DNA of 64,000 nt from Owenia fusiformis (Eukaryota). The translations under genes and the position numbers were made by a program. The DNA lies in the NCBI GenBank assembly GCA_903813345.2, contig CAIIXF020000001.1, positions 44,702,001 to 44,766,000 of the forward strand. Reading direction: 5' to 3'. Positions 1 to 13,609 of this stretch are shown here, one piece after another (the first letter of the stretch is position 1; every line of letters starts with the position of its first letter). The notes beneath the pieces were generated by a model, which worked only from the letters and a program-made list of their open reading frames with translations, did not search any database and was not told the origin of the DNA.

Positions 1-2806
1 TATCCTTTTTACATGCTATTATTGTATATTCAGTCAAGTTAAGACTGTGGAAACAGTCATGATTTGCCAATAGGGTGTGGAGGGAGCTAAATAGAGTGTG
101 GTGTTGCGCCACAGTCTAAAAGCCTGGCGAGAGCCCTGGGTAGGTATTTTAAGTGTAAGTGGTGTGGATTATTATGTTGTATACGGGGAAAAGATTGTGA
201 CATTCTCAGGACGATAGTCCTGGCACGTGAAAATAGCCAATAACTTAGCTAAACATCAAAATATTTAATATAAATACGAGTCTATTTTAAAAATCACTGT
301 GAGAAAACATGTAGTGAATTGAAATTGAAAGGTTTGAAACCTTGTCTGATATTGCATGATTTTGTCTAAAATTAAAAGCAAGTGGTCTGCCATGGCTCCC
401 TGGGTTCCAATTCCAACTAAATGTTTTAATCTGTTCAGTGCTCATCATCATTGTATCATAGAAAATGTTAAGTATTTCAGTTTTAGGGTTCATGATCTTT
501 ACTTGTGAAACCATATTGGGAGCTTTGAAGTAAGAAACAGTTTAACCTGCTTCTTTTAATCCCTCATAATTCTTTGCTAAAAAATCACACCTGCAAGTCT
601 GAACAAACAAGGATTATTACCAATCTTCAATTTTAAATTCACCCCAAACATGATTTATTTATGTATGGAATGCGCTCTAGCGTTCAATACCACTTTTTCT
701 TGCTCATTAAATGCTTAAAGATGGCGTTAGTACTCTCAGAGTTGTTTACAACTATCATCCATATACCATATAACCATTCAATTATGTAATACTTCATCTA
801 TAATTGATTATGTCTAGAATAAGCCAGGCAATTACATCAAACAAGCTTTATACATAGAGGTATCATTTCCATATTGCATAATTCCACTTGGATGTTGTTG
901 TAAACAAAGCAAAATTAGAAAATTAAACCAGCATAGCTAATCATTTTAGTATTGCCTATAATGTGTGCAACCCATCCACCTCACTTCCTTGTGAAGTAAG
1001 GTGCAGGGGCATAGCCAGCTTACAGTCAGGGGGGGTGTATAGGGGAGGCGTTTACAAGTACATGAAACAAGATTAGATTTATTTTAATGTTTTATAAAGT
1101 ACTATTATATGTTGTGGAATTTATTTTTTGTGATTAGTATTGACTATAAATACATTTTAAATCATCTGTTTTACCCAAGTAATAGTTTCTAAATCATTTT
1201 ACGGATTCATGAAGAAACTAGAGATATTCATGAAACATATCACTCCATGTTCATGTTATGTCAAGATATTTTATCAGTTTAACCCAATGTCACTCACATT
1301 ATGTGTTTATGTTTCATATTGATTTTTTTTCAAATTACTATTTAATTTTAGACTATTTCAAATCGATGCTTACAATAAATGAATGGCATTGTGTGACAGT
1401 GTCCCACTTATATGGAATTATTAGTTCAATAGAGTTTCTTTATGATTTTTTTAAGTGATTTTGAATTCACTTTCATATTTCCTTCTTCAGAAATATGTAC
1501 CATCATAGCGGAGGAAGAGACTGACAAAATGATAATTGAAATGTCAAACTTATTATAAAAATCATGAAATCAAGTTTAATGGTTATGTCAATATCTATCG
1601 AGCCTGTAAATCGTGACCCGCTGGAGGTATTTTAACTTCAAGGAAAATGCTTTTAGAAAAAATCAGGGAAATGTTATTGTAACAGTGTCCCACTATATAA
1701 TAGTAGTATGATTGTCTAACAACATTCTGAGTTTCCTGATTTTGAAGGGAAATAACCAATCAACAGTGTGATCAACCAAGATACTTATGTAAAGTATGTT
1801 AGCACTTGTTTGAAGACAGTAGTGCCCCTTCTACTTCCTCTGTTTAACATCCAGGATACACCAGGGGGGGGGGGGGGTGTCACATAAGGGGGTGGGGCCC
1901 ACATTATAGGTCAGAAAAAATTATTGCACCGAAAAAGATTTTGGGCCTCTAAAATCAAAGATTGGGCATAAATTTTGATAATAATTTTAATAAAGGTTTC
2001 TTTGTAATTTGGCCTAGAATTAAAAAATGAGGCCAAAAGGCTTAATAATTCCCAAAAAGGCTCACTCATTGGTGGCCCATTCAGTTCATCTTATTTCCAA
2101 ATATTTTTGAATGGAAAAAGTGGGCTGCCATATTTATTATTAAAGGAACAGAGTTTTGTTTTCTATTCAAAGTAGCCTCTGAAGAGATTGAAATGTCACT
2201 TTATCTAAAAAAAACTTTTTATTCAATGTTATATTATGAAAAACCAGTTATGAATTGGGAAAAGTGTAAAATACAAATACATGTTTATTTTTTATAAAAG
2301 CATTAACAGTTGCAATATGGTGTGTTATCAATAGATATGAATATACCTAAGAAACATGTAGATGTACTTTGAGCTACTTCAGTGTCTAACAATCCTCTCA
2401 AGGTTGTCAGCTAAAAGAACTACAATGTTCAAAATAAGTTCACTCAAGATCAAACTGAAAAAAATATATAGCTCTAGAAGCTAGGTAGAAATGACAAACA
2501 TAAAACAGTATTTTAAAAAAAATTAGCCTTGCATTTTTCTGCATATAGTAAAGATTTTTTTGATATAGCCTTTTCCGGAAAACCTGTGTATATGGAACAC
2601 TCCCTATAACGTGCCGATATTGTTCTTTCTCGACAGGTGTTCCTGTGACAGAAGGCTCATTATTGTTTCATGTTGAGAGGGTTTCCTTACAAAGAGGTGT
2701 TCCATCTGACAGGTTTTTCTGTATTGCTTCTCAGAAGCTTTTTCTATTATTTGCAGCATGCATTTTTTTATATAGGAAGCAGTCATTAGATGTTGGGACA
2801 TCTTAT

Positions 2807-3067
2807 CACGCCTGTCAACTGTCCTGCAATTTGCGTATTTGTCACACATTTGCTGAAGAAATTGAAGTCATGCCCTCACAAGTTTTTTGCTAGACAGAAT
2901 ATGTTGCGCAAATAAGGATTTTTTCTGATTATTGTCAAGCAAAAAGATTTCTGGAGAAGATGCTGAAACATCAAAAAGATGAATACCAAAAAAAGAACGC
3001 AGTTTGTTCGGAATTTTCACGAAAACTGCGTATATGTCACACATTTGTTCCCAAGTTGACAGGCCTG
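2807..3067. mobile_element. MITE with 14-bp TIR and 6-bp TSD (hAT-like ends)
   Basis: CACGCCTGTCAACT ... AGTTGACAGGCCTG (13/14 match); TCTTAT on both sides. Confidence 0.65.
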
Positions 3068-4244
3068 TCTTATATTAATCAACCATATGCAATAGTTTAA
3101 TTGTAGTTAGGAAAATTCTATGCCCATCATTTTGTATATTATAACATATATATATGGAACATGATAGAAAAGTTAACCACAAACAGTAAGAAATATTGGT
3201 ATTTGATTATTTTTCTCCTATAAATGGGAGAAAAAAATGGTATAGGTTATCCTATAAATGACGCATGGGACCAAAAACTTGATGCCAGACAAAAGAATAT
3301 TTGTAAGGTCAAACTATAGATGTGGTCAAAAGTTCAGGGATTAGGTGTGACACCTAATTTGAACTTTGGATGCTGTGAAATACGATAATATAATTGTCTC
3401 TGGAAAATTTCCCAGAATAATATTTGGTCAGAAAATCAGTAATGCCAGCTTACTAAGATGATTTGGTCTGACCCCAAGTTTTAGTCTACCTTACTGAAAA
3501 GCCTAAATATTATGTCATTTGGGATTCTAATTCAGCCAGAGCCAATGTTTTTCTTGATAGATCAGATTAATTATTGAAATGAAAACATCTTTTCTAGTTA
3601 GCAATTCTTTCATGATATGTGACCTAATGTCTAATGTCTTCAGGTCTGTTTTGATGACCTAAATTTTTCGAGGACCTAAGTAGTAGACTTGGTCTAGCAA
3701 TAGCTGGGTACCTCATTTCCAAACTGTTTGACAGGTATTTTGAGTGGCGGGAATCTGCTTGACGTTCCATTTTTACTTGGTTCGGATTTTTGCCTATATG
3801 CAAAAATGGAAGTGATTCATTCCAAGATTCAAATTGATTTTCTGTGATCAGTTTGGTTTAAGCTTGTACTCCAAATGTCCACAATTTCCAGGTCAGTTGA
3901 TATTCTGTCATTACACTTCTGTTTGATTTATAACTTTTGTTTTTACTCTTAACAAAACTATTCCTGCAAATAAGTTGCATTATGGGTAGGGACTGCTGTG
4001 AAATAATAAACTTAAGTGACAGCTATCTCAAATTATATGTTCTTACTAAGTTATTTATTGGGCATGCATCTTAATAATTCGAACCAATCAAATTGCTAAA
4101 TTAAATGCGCTATGCGAAAAACCAAACCAAAAAATGGAACCTCCCGCAGGTTGCACCTAGTGGGTATTTTTGGAATGAAGGTTTAGAATCAGGTTTTAGG
4201 CATGCTTGGTAAAGGTGGCCATTATTGATTTTAGGTACAATACA

Positions 4245-5538
4245 CACGGTGTATAACCCAAACGCTCCTACATACACGACGGAGCGTTACATTACTGAAA
4301 TCAAACAAAGAAACGCTCCGGAGTAGGAAAACTGTCTGGCGGGAATGATGAGCCGTCTGACAATTTCCCCAATAATGGGAATAAGAGGTATGAGTTACAT
4401 ATTTCGAGTATACCATTCGATGGGTGTGACATTCATGTTGTACGTGGCTGGCTGTTGACGTTTGAAGCAATTAGGAAGAGCTGTACGAAGCAGTATAGTT
4501 ATCAAAATTCAAAAACGTATTTGTCATTCTACCGGTCAAAACCCCTTTTGTCGATACATGTGATTAGTTGAGCCAAGATTAGAGCACCAACGTATATTTT
4601 AGTCAAATTCCAATGCTTCAACGCACCATACATTATCGTAATAGTGATTTCATGACCGAAAATCCAGTCTTAAAAATGATGACATTCTCATATTCAAGAA
4701 ACGCTCCGATCTGGTTAACACAGTGAATTGGAAACGCTCCGGTAGTCTAGATCAGTTAAGGAAATATATAGCTTGCCTTTCCTTTTCAGGAAGAGAAAGA
4801 AAAGATCTATTATACCCCTTGGCATCAATAGAAGAAAGATTAATTCACATATAACTTTTCGTTTTTTTCTATAGTTTTATGATTTAGCACATATGTAGGC
4901 ATGACATCATCTAATGTATAGGCTTTAATCAGCTAGTTGCACGTTTAGCACCACCAGGTTCAGATGTTTCAATTTGCCTAACAAGTACAACACGTTTTTT
5001 AGAGATAGATTCGATTCGGAACTCTTCTCTAATAATCTGAAAATGATATCAAAACAAAATGGTAAGAGCGTTTCTAAAATTGTGGTCTAAATCGACGGAG
5101 CGTTTCGAGGAAAACAAGCGATTTCTCGAGAACAAGTAATGGATTTGGACTGGGATTTTAGGAAATGAGAGTATACGAGTTTGTGATCTACTACTTAAAC
5201 AGAAAGATTAACGTTTTCATAGAAATACTAGTTTAATTCGTAATTTGTAGTCAAATCGTCATCTTCAGATTCGTTCGATCTACACTACGGAGCTTTGATC
5301 AAGCAAATAACAGTTTACCACCAGAAGTTGAATAAATAAGATCTTTGCCCACGGTATTGTTCATCGAATGGTACATAATATTTCACCATGACATATGATA
5401 TGTAAGAGAAACGAGAGAAACAATACTTACGGTCATAGTAGAATCTTCATTAGCCGCCATTTTATTTCGCTCCGGAGCGTTTCCGCGTAAATGTAACGCT
5501 AAGTCGTGCATGTAGGAGCGTTTGGGTTATACACCGTG
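4245..5538. mobile_element. Non-autonomous DNA transposon with CACGGTG ends and 5-bp TSD (Transib/RAG-like)
   Basis: About 49-bp TIR CACGGTGTATAACCCAAACGCTCCTACAT[A/G]CACGAC..AGCGTTACATT at both ends; TSD ATACA at 4240-4244 and 5539-5543; internal AAACGCTCCG repeats in both orientations. Confidence 0.85.
4929..5460 (-). CDS. Putative two-exon 45-aa micro-ORF inside the Transib-like element
   Basis: Exon 5460-5431 (MAANEDSTMT, donor GTAAGT) joins in phase 0 to 5036-4929 (acceptor cattttcag; IIREEFRIESISKKRVVLVRQIETSEPGGAKRATS-stop). Confidence 0.35.
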
Positions 5539-5541
5539 ATA

Positions 5542-5716
5542 CAGGGGCGGATCCAGGATTTTGTGTTAGGGGGGCGTGTGATAATAACTGTGAGCGAATT
5601 AAAAAAGGGTCAAATTTTGTAAAAAGTGATGAGGCAAAACACGAATTTTCTGACTTTTAAGGGGGGGGGGGGGGGTGGGGCGTGTACCCCCCACGCCCCC
5701 TCTAGATCCGCTGGTG
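5542..5716. mobile_element. Poly-G MITE with 5-bp TSD (CAATA), split at its left end by the Transib-like element
   Basis: CAGGGGCGGATCCAG...TCTAGATCCGCTGGTG; CAATA at 4238-4242 and 5717-5721. Confidence 0.75.
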
Positions 5717-8700
5717 CAATATCTTTCACCATGTGCATTTATAATGATTTGGAGAGGGAGGGATATGTGTCATAGTTGATGCAATAAGGCAGGATAATAA
5801 TGAATGGATTACATGCATGCATGTTCTTTTAAGTCGTCTTTTGTTGTGAGGGCAACAATCTTCAATAAACATCAAATAAATAGATTGTTGTTAGATTCAA
5901 GATCATTAACAGATGCCAGAGTAGACAAACGTTATTTATGAGTTTATTGTTTAACGAAAAACAGTAGTAGTAAAACAGTTATTGTTTTAAAGGTGTACGT
6001 CATTAAGAAAATAGATACGCACTTGGGTATATGTTATGTTCTGATGTCTGTGAGTAAATACGTATGTTTATTTTTGGAAAATATTCAAATACCATAGTAC
6101 ATTTTTATCCTACTCCTATGTTTTTACCACCTTCATTTGATATTTTAATCTGATCTAATCAGAATTCCACTAAATATAAGTAACACATCTGTGCTAGTGT
6201 TTTGATACAAACATCTAAATATCAATAAGTCATCCTGAACATATGGAAATGAAAATGTCATAAACAAATCACTTTTCCAAATTTATCGGGAGGTCATTCA
6301 AACTTGTTTACTAAAAATAGTAACAGGTTTTGTTGTATCAGCTGTTTTGACTTATATTAAGGAATGTTTATTTGATCTGATTATTATTACAAATTGTTTT
6401 TTTTTCACAAGGTAAATAATCTGGTCTGATAAGGTTCTGATAAATGAGATTTGTAACGTTTTTCACTCTATTTTAAGTTAATATGATAAGATAGGGTCAA
6501 GTCGAGAAAAATCATAGAGACCAATGGCACACTGCCCTCGTTCAGTCATACCATGGGGTTTCAAGAGATCATACATAGTTTATTAGTATGTAATGTTAAA
6601 TCACTTTCTAACAAAGTAAAAGTCCTTTAGTCTATTATGTCTGCGTTAATCCAAGAGCTCCAAGATTAGCTTTCTTATGATTTAGAATTTACTATATTTC
6701 ACTGATATAAATATAAGTATTTATAGATCTCATCCAATTTTTGGCTTGTGATTAATTGGTTAATATAATTAACATCATAACATAACATAGTTTGTTCATC
6801 ACCATCAACAACATCATGGGTCCATGACTGATGTTATATGCTCATAAGTCACCCAAATCCTGTTTTTCAATTTTATTATGCCCTAGTTTATAATCAGACT
6901 AGTCATACGGGATGATATGGACTCCTTTTACTTTATTTTCCTTGTATCAGGTCTCCATAAGGTCTAATAAAATGAAATGATTTATGAGAGAAAGATAATA
7001 CAAGTGAGAGAGAGAGTAAGACGAGAATATAGGAATGTAAGGCAGTCTCGGCCAGTCAGCATTTCTGTTATTGGCTATCTATGTTTATAGTAAACAAATT
7101 ACTACCGCTTATAAAAACACTTCCTATTTTGATGTGGCTTTATTTTATGTTATTCCAAAGCACTACAGCTCAGTACATGTGGATGTTTGTTACTTTTCCT
7201 CAAAGAGTTATCAAAGGATATTTGATGATACATTAGATTCTACAGCACACAAAGAATCAATCGGGACATAGTCGAAGACGCGTTTTGACTTTCACACTGT
7301 AATATTTTTGGATGGTACTTCTGTGTCAGTAACACTATAACCTTGAAAAAAGACAAGGAACCAAGCATTAAAACTGTAGAGGTAGGTGAAATCTTCAAAA
7401 TATAAGTGAAACATATGTGACACTTTAGTACTTTACATATCATCTTTATAACTTGAGAGAATGTTATGTAGGTCAAGAAGGTTATTTCAGATAAACAATA
7501 TTATTGATAAGTCTTCATTTCATTTAAAATGTACATCTTCATAATTTTTTTTATAAAAAGCATCACTATTTCTTCAGGCTCCATAAATAGAATCAAAGAT
7601 TCTTGTTGGAATGTAGATATTTACAGCATATGGTTAATTAGGTTAATGAGTAATTAGAGAGAATTGTTCCATCTTCTTCAATCATATGTTTTTTTAAAAT
7701 TTGAATGTAATTCATTTCATTTTTCATATTTCATTCATTTCATCTAAACACCATAAACAGGATCCAAAACAAAAGTGTGTACTTAATTAGCTTCTTATGT
7801 TTATAACAATTATGAATCTACAGTATTATTGCTGTCCTTAGGTTACTTTTACTTCTTAAACAATTACACTATAGCATGAAACTGGGTTAATGGGATCCAT
7901 ATATTGATCTGCTAGATCAGGGAAGGGTATATTCTAGGATAAGAATTTCTTTTTATAAACAGATGTCTCGTAGATCTTTGACTCAAACCTAAGTAAATAA
8001 TGTTGTATATCACTGAGAGGGGCTATTGTTTGTTGTTTCTTTGATTAGTTCCAGAGACAATTGGGATTCTAATTTAGCTCTTACATTAAGTTCCCAAGAG
8101 AGCAAAGATATCAAATATGATGTTGAGTTCATTTGTCATTCTATTGATATCGGCCTGTTTTACAATTTATCAGAGTTGCTTTATTTTTGTTTCAATTCCA
8201 TTGTTAGTGTTCATCTTCACTGTCATTGTATTGTTTCATATATTGATGGATGGACTACTACACTGACGTCAGACTTCTTGATATTTTTCTCTTCATCTGC
8301 TTTAATAGCCTTCCTGTTCCTATATCGGTTCATTCCATGTTTGATTGTTTGTGGCACATAAAGAAGATTTGTTGTTGTTGCATTTTCAGCAGAAGCTGGA
8401 TATGTTTTTTGTCCTGGAAGAGCAGGCAGATATATTTTTTTCATACAGATAAAAGACAAAAAAAGATGTATAGAATCTAGTTCTATTTTATTTTAGAAAT
8501 AACATATATTTGATTGAAAACATTGTCTAACATAACATCAACTCTGATAAAGTATAAACAAAAAAGCACAATGGAGTGAAAGGATGTCTGATTATTCTAT
8601 TGACAGTTCACAATGTTTGTATTATTACTTGGGCAATATAATATATCTGATACATAATATTACCCTCAGGATAATCCTAATATCCTGAGCCTGATTTAGG

Positions 8701-9704
8701 ATAATTTTTATATGTAGCAATATATAATGTATTTTAAACTTGGTTATTATATAACTTTAGACTTGATGAAAAGCAAGATAATTAATTTATGAAATATATG
8801 TACATGTACATTTATGTATGTTTTGAATTTTTCTTCTTCAGTCTTCTTTCAGTCTTCAGTACTCTTGACTTATGGGAATGTACTTTCTAGATTATACCAT
8901 AGGGTTTAGTGCAGTGTTAGAGGCATTATGATATTGTTTCCATCTAGGTGTTGTGGTTTTGGTATATTATCAGTGTTAATTTCATATTATTGTTTATTGC
9001 TCAATGAAAAAACAATTATTGTCCCCAAGTTATGTTGACTATTATGACTAGCCAAGTTTTTTTTACTTTCTAATCTTAAGTCTACATGGTTGGTAAACAT
9101 TTGCTTTTTATCAGTATCCTTCAGTCCACTATCATACTAGTATCAGTTTGTGAGATATATGGAGAAACATGGGAAAATACATCTGTCAAGTGCTCTTTTC
9201 TAATCACGCATTAATCTTTAATTAGGCCATTGCAATGATGGATGATAGAGCCTTAGGTATTGAAACACAGGTACATAGTAAACAAGCTGAAGTATCCTTC
9301 CTCACTTGATAAACAAATCTCTATGAAAACACTGAAGTATCTAATGAATGGTAGAACGTTAAAAACATAGCCGTAGCGTGACTGTCTGGGGCAAAGTGAA
9401 TTTCTTTGTTTGTTATTCAATTGCTAGTGGTATTTTCAATTAGGTATGTATAATTTTATCAATTCACTGAACAAGTGTAAATCTATGCCTGGTAGAGGAA
9501 ATACTTCTCTCTTTAGGAGAGGGTGATAGGCACAGGTGGTATGATTTGGGCTGGGCATTATATTGTAAAACCTGCTTTGTGGAACATCTCTGAAAGTGAA
9601 AAGCACCTGTATATCATTCTTTCATGCATGTTTGCTATACCACAATCAAATCAAAAAAAGTTTTTTTTAATTTTTGTGATTGGTATTATATTACATAACT
9701 ATAC

Positions 9705-9905
9705 CTTTTGCATTCGTTTGACTTCATTTCTTAAAAGAGAGCTTCGTCTTCACTCTTTCAGTTTACAATAAATCTTTGATCTCACCGAGCCAATCAGAAT
9801 TTGTCGTCGAAAAACGGACAACTTTTTATATGGTCATTTCACCGCATAGTTAATGAGCACGTATTTAGCATGCGTTCCTTCCACTTCGCTGATTGGTTGA
9901 GAGAG
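9705..9905. repeat. Dispersed repeat of about 200 bp (copy 1) with CCAAT-like boxes
   Basis: Closely similar to 60620-60825 (TTTGCATTCG...CAGTTTACAATAAATCT...CCGAGCCAATCAGA...GCTGATTGGTTGAGA). Confidence 0.75.
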
Positions 9906-12900
9906 GGTCAGCGTGGTAGATTTGACATGTTTTATTACCTGGGCTTATATTAATTTTTTTTCTAGCTATGTTACGGTAGACACAATTGTTATTAGAAGAT
10001 AAACTCCATGTTTTTAGACAGAACCATTCTCTGGAATTCACTGGGAGTTATATTTAATATTTGGGAAATCTAAATTGATGATAATTTTAAATCGCCAATT
10101 GGATAATATAAGGCATATCAAATGAACCCAAGTTACATGATATTATAAAAATGCATACCATACCATGTATGTATAGGTTACCATACTGTCTCAGATAAAA
10201 TGGAATACTTGTTTTTCTAAAAAATGTAGCTTGAGAGTGAAAGATAATAAACATTTTATTGATTTGTGTGACATGTTTTGATAGCCTTTAATGCTGAAAT
10301 AAGAATAGACTAAAGTATTGATTTACACATGGTATTATGTTTTTGTATATACGTATTATGTTTTTGAATATTAAATATTTATGATAATTATCATGGAATG
10401 CAAGTTGCATGATAACGAATATGATATAAGTAAATGCAAGTATGAATATAAGGGATTGAATGAATTTGGATGAGGTCATGACGCATCATCCTCCGATCAC
10501 AGTGTTTCAAAATCAAGAATATATTCTTTCTTTTTACCCCCTGCAATAAGCAGTTAGCATTTCCCCGATCAAGAACTCGCAATCTGATTGGCTGTCGCAA
10601 CACTGCGAGAGAAATCATGCGCATAATTCGATCACGTGATTCAGTTTAATCAGGCGCTTCCAAATTGGTTATAGCAGGGGGAAGAAGGAGGTACGGATTC
10701 TGGATACCTGCTTAGGAGGATGATGACGCATATAATCATTGTTATTCTCCTTGCATTCAGCTCATCTATCTTGGCCATCAGAGACCACCAAACTATAATT
10801 TCCAGATGAGGGCTCTTCTGGGTTGTTTTAACTTTTATGCCTTGTCAAGGAGAAGATAAATGCAATAATTCATCTATTTAGCATATCTAGCACAGAGCCC
10901 CCACCCCTAAGAAACTTTAAAATGGTTTCAAGAATTCTTAAATTTTATATCAACATTTAAAAGTGTTATTAACTTTTTGGCTGAAATGTGATTTCCAAAA
11001 ATTAGAGTTAATGTAATAAAATTATGAAAAATTAATTACTATACTTTCATTGTATTGAATAGATAATGATTTCTTTTACTGAACATATTTTGATTCTTCT
11101 ATCAAACTCAAAGGGGTTTGAGGAAAATTGATAGACTAAATCTATGTAGGGAAACTCGAAGGGGAAGTTTAGAAGAATTTTCCCTGTGTCTGTCACATTA
11201 TCTGACCAAAATTAACCGCCTGGTGAGGAAACTAGTAACTACTTACTGGCACATAGGTTATTCACCCTTATATACTGTAGTTTTTCCAGGGTTACGTTGT
11301 TCCAAATACTCTGATTACTGTAGGGGAATGTACGTCAGGAACTGTCATCCAATGTCTATAATCAGTAATCATTTTACTCAAGGGTTTCGTTACAATTTCT
11401 GTGTGTTATTTCAAACAAAAACAGCAATTAACATTTATATTGGAAATTATATTTTTTACACATGAACAATTGCAAATTTCCTCAGAGGCAGAACAACACG
11501 CTGTTTTTGGTTTTGGGAAAAACAACCAGAGAAAATTGCCCGTTTCCTGCTGCTTATGAAACACCCAAGGGGTCTAAATGTTTCCAATTTGTTCTTAGCT
11601 GATTCAATAATGTTACATATTTTTGATATGTTGAATCATTCAAAACTAAGTTGTTTGTTTCACCATCTCATTTAACTGTACAGTCATCAGTGCCTAATTA
11701 TTACATGTATTATACATACTAGTACACATGTATAGTCAGTCATTCCTCATGAGATTCCCGAGACGAGATTAAGCTTGTATTCGCTGATGTCAACTGTGGG
11801 GTGATGATTTGGTTGCTATTTTATGGTCAACTCATTTTAACAAGAATAGTACTAGCTCCTATTCATATATATATTTAAATGAGTTTGCCATAAAATAGCA
11901 ATTGAATTGTCAGCTGGCATTTGGAAGTTAATTTGTGAATGCTTAAGCTAGACAAGTTATCACTAATTATAACCAAGCATATTGATTGTTTAGTGATAGA
12001 AACAGTTTGTTTGGTGTCTTAAAAGTATATTTTCAATTTTGTGATACTGGAATGCCAAGGTTTTATCAGCATTTTATTCTGTTATATGTTCTAGTAAAAC
12101 TACTTTGCGTGGTTATAGATTCATTTGGGCCCAGAACCCTTCTAGGCAGAACAAATTTTTCCTTTTGAGCCTTTTTGTCTCGAGTTTTAGAAACAGGCCT
12201 TATTATTGAGAAAGTGACCCCAAATATTCACCGTCTAATGATTTTCAGCACTCCTTTTTGAGCACCCTAATTCAATATCAAAAACAATTCAAGATATTTC
12301 AGCCTCATGTTAAGATTTAACCTCCTGGTACAACCACATTAGGGAATTCCTAATCTCATTGAACTTACCGCGAGTTATGCTGACATTGAGGGTACGTGAG
12401 TATATTCAATTTGATTCAATAAGGACCAAATAAACAACCCCAATAAAAACGCAGACATGCTTTAGATTCAATCACGTCTCAGATACCTTTTGTGGAGATT
12501 GGCAGGATTTTTCATTTACCCTCACATTCGGATAATTCAATGATAAAATGACAGACAATGTAATAAAATCAATAAACCCTTTTAGAAAAATATAGTTTTG
12601 TATAATGTGCAGCAAAGCTGTTGTAATTTACGGAGTTTCAGCCATGTTTATTTTTCAAAAATAACATGGCAGAGAAGCATCAAAATATAAGAGGCCACAG
12701 ATATGATAGCTTAACTACAAAATAAACTAAAATATACAAAAGTTAGGACATGTATAAATGTTTCAATTTTACATATTCTGTTTCAATATGGTCCTTTAAT
12801 TACTTATTTTTTAAAGTAGATTAAAGTAGATTCAAAGTAGTTCCAAACATTTAAAATTTTACTGTAATGAAATATTTTAACATTTGTTTCACAATGCTTC

Positions 12901-13609
12901 TCAAAAGGATTTTTAACTTAGCTCTCACTGGCATGTAGCGATTATAGCGGTCCTGTCTTGGCTTATTGAATTGTTACGAAGTTACGTATGCGGTGCGGAA
13001 GTTAGAGAGCAAATGACCATCGTTTCAATGTAATAGTTTATGCAGGAAAATTGAGATTAGGCCATTGGAGTATTTGTTTCATGCATTTGTAAAACATTAC
13101 CCACTTATAGGTCATACTTATCGTTAAACCAATAACTCAAATATATGCCCTTGTACACCGATCACCTGTTGAAATTAATACAGGCCGATTTCAACAAATG
13201 TAAACGGCGATATATTCTAAATCGTATTCAAGCATGACCACGTCCCAACTTCTTTTGTTTTCTTTACAACTAAGCTATGACTGCAGTCTATTCAGTGTTG
13301 CGTATCGAACCTTGTTTATTATAAAAATAGTGCAACAACAAGCAGAATTCACACATTTACCTTATACTTATTCTCAACTGAAGACATTGAATTTATCTCT
13401 TAGGTTTTACATTATAAATATCTTAACATGCAGAATACGAAAATAGAGGCTTAGGCCCAACTTTGTATGAATTTTATGAGAATAATCTGATTTTAGAGAA
13501 ATGAAAAGAAAAATGTCCACACCCTACACAAAATATTTATGGTTCCCCGGGAATACGTATGTGCTGCTTGTATATTAGAATCGTATTCCAGTTACAGAAA
13601 GAAGTACAT

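Noticed and set aside
4245..4290. True V(D)J recombination signal sequence
   Set aside because: The heptamer-like CACGGTG is present, but there is no ACAAAAACC nonamer at 12- or 23-bp spacing. It is a transposon TIR.
8026..8480. Cluster of 76-111-aa ORFs
   Set aside because: No recognisable domain and no supported exon chain.
9780..10680. PIK3CA promoter (CCAAT boxes, E-box TCACGTGA)
   Set aside because: The CCAAT-rich block recurs at 60620-60825, so it is at least partly a dispersed repeat. The transcription start cannot be placed from sequence alone.
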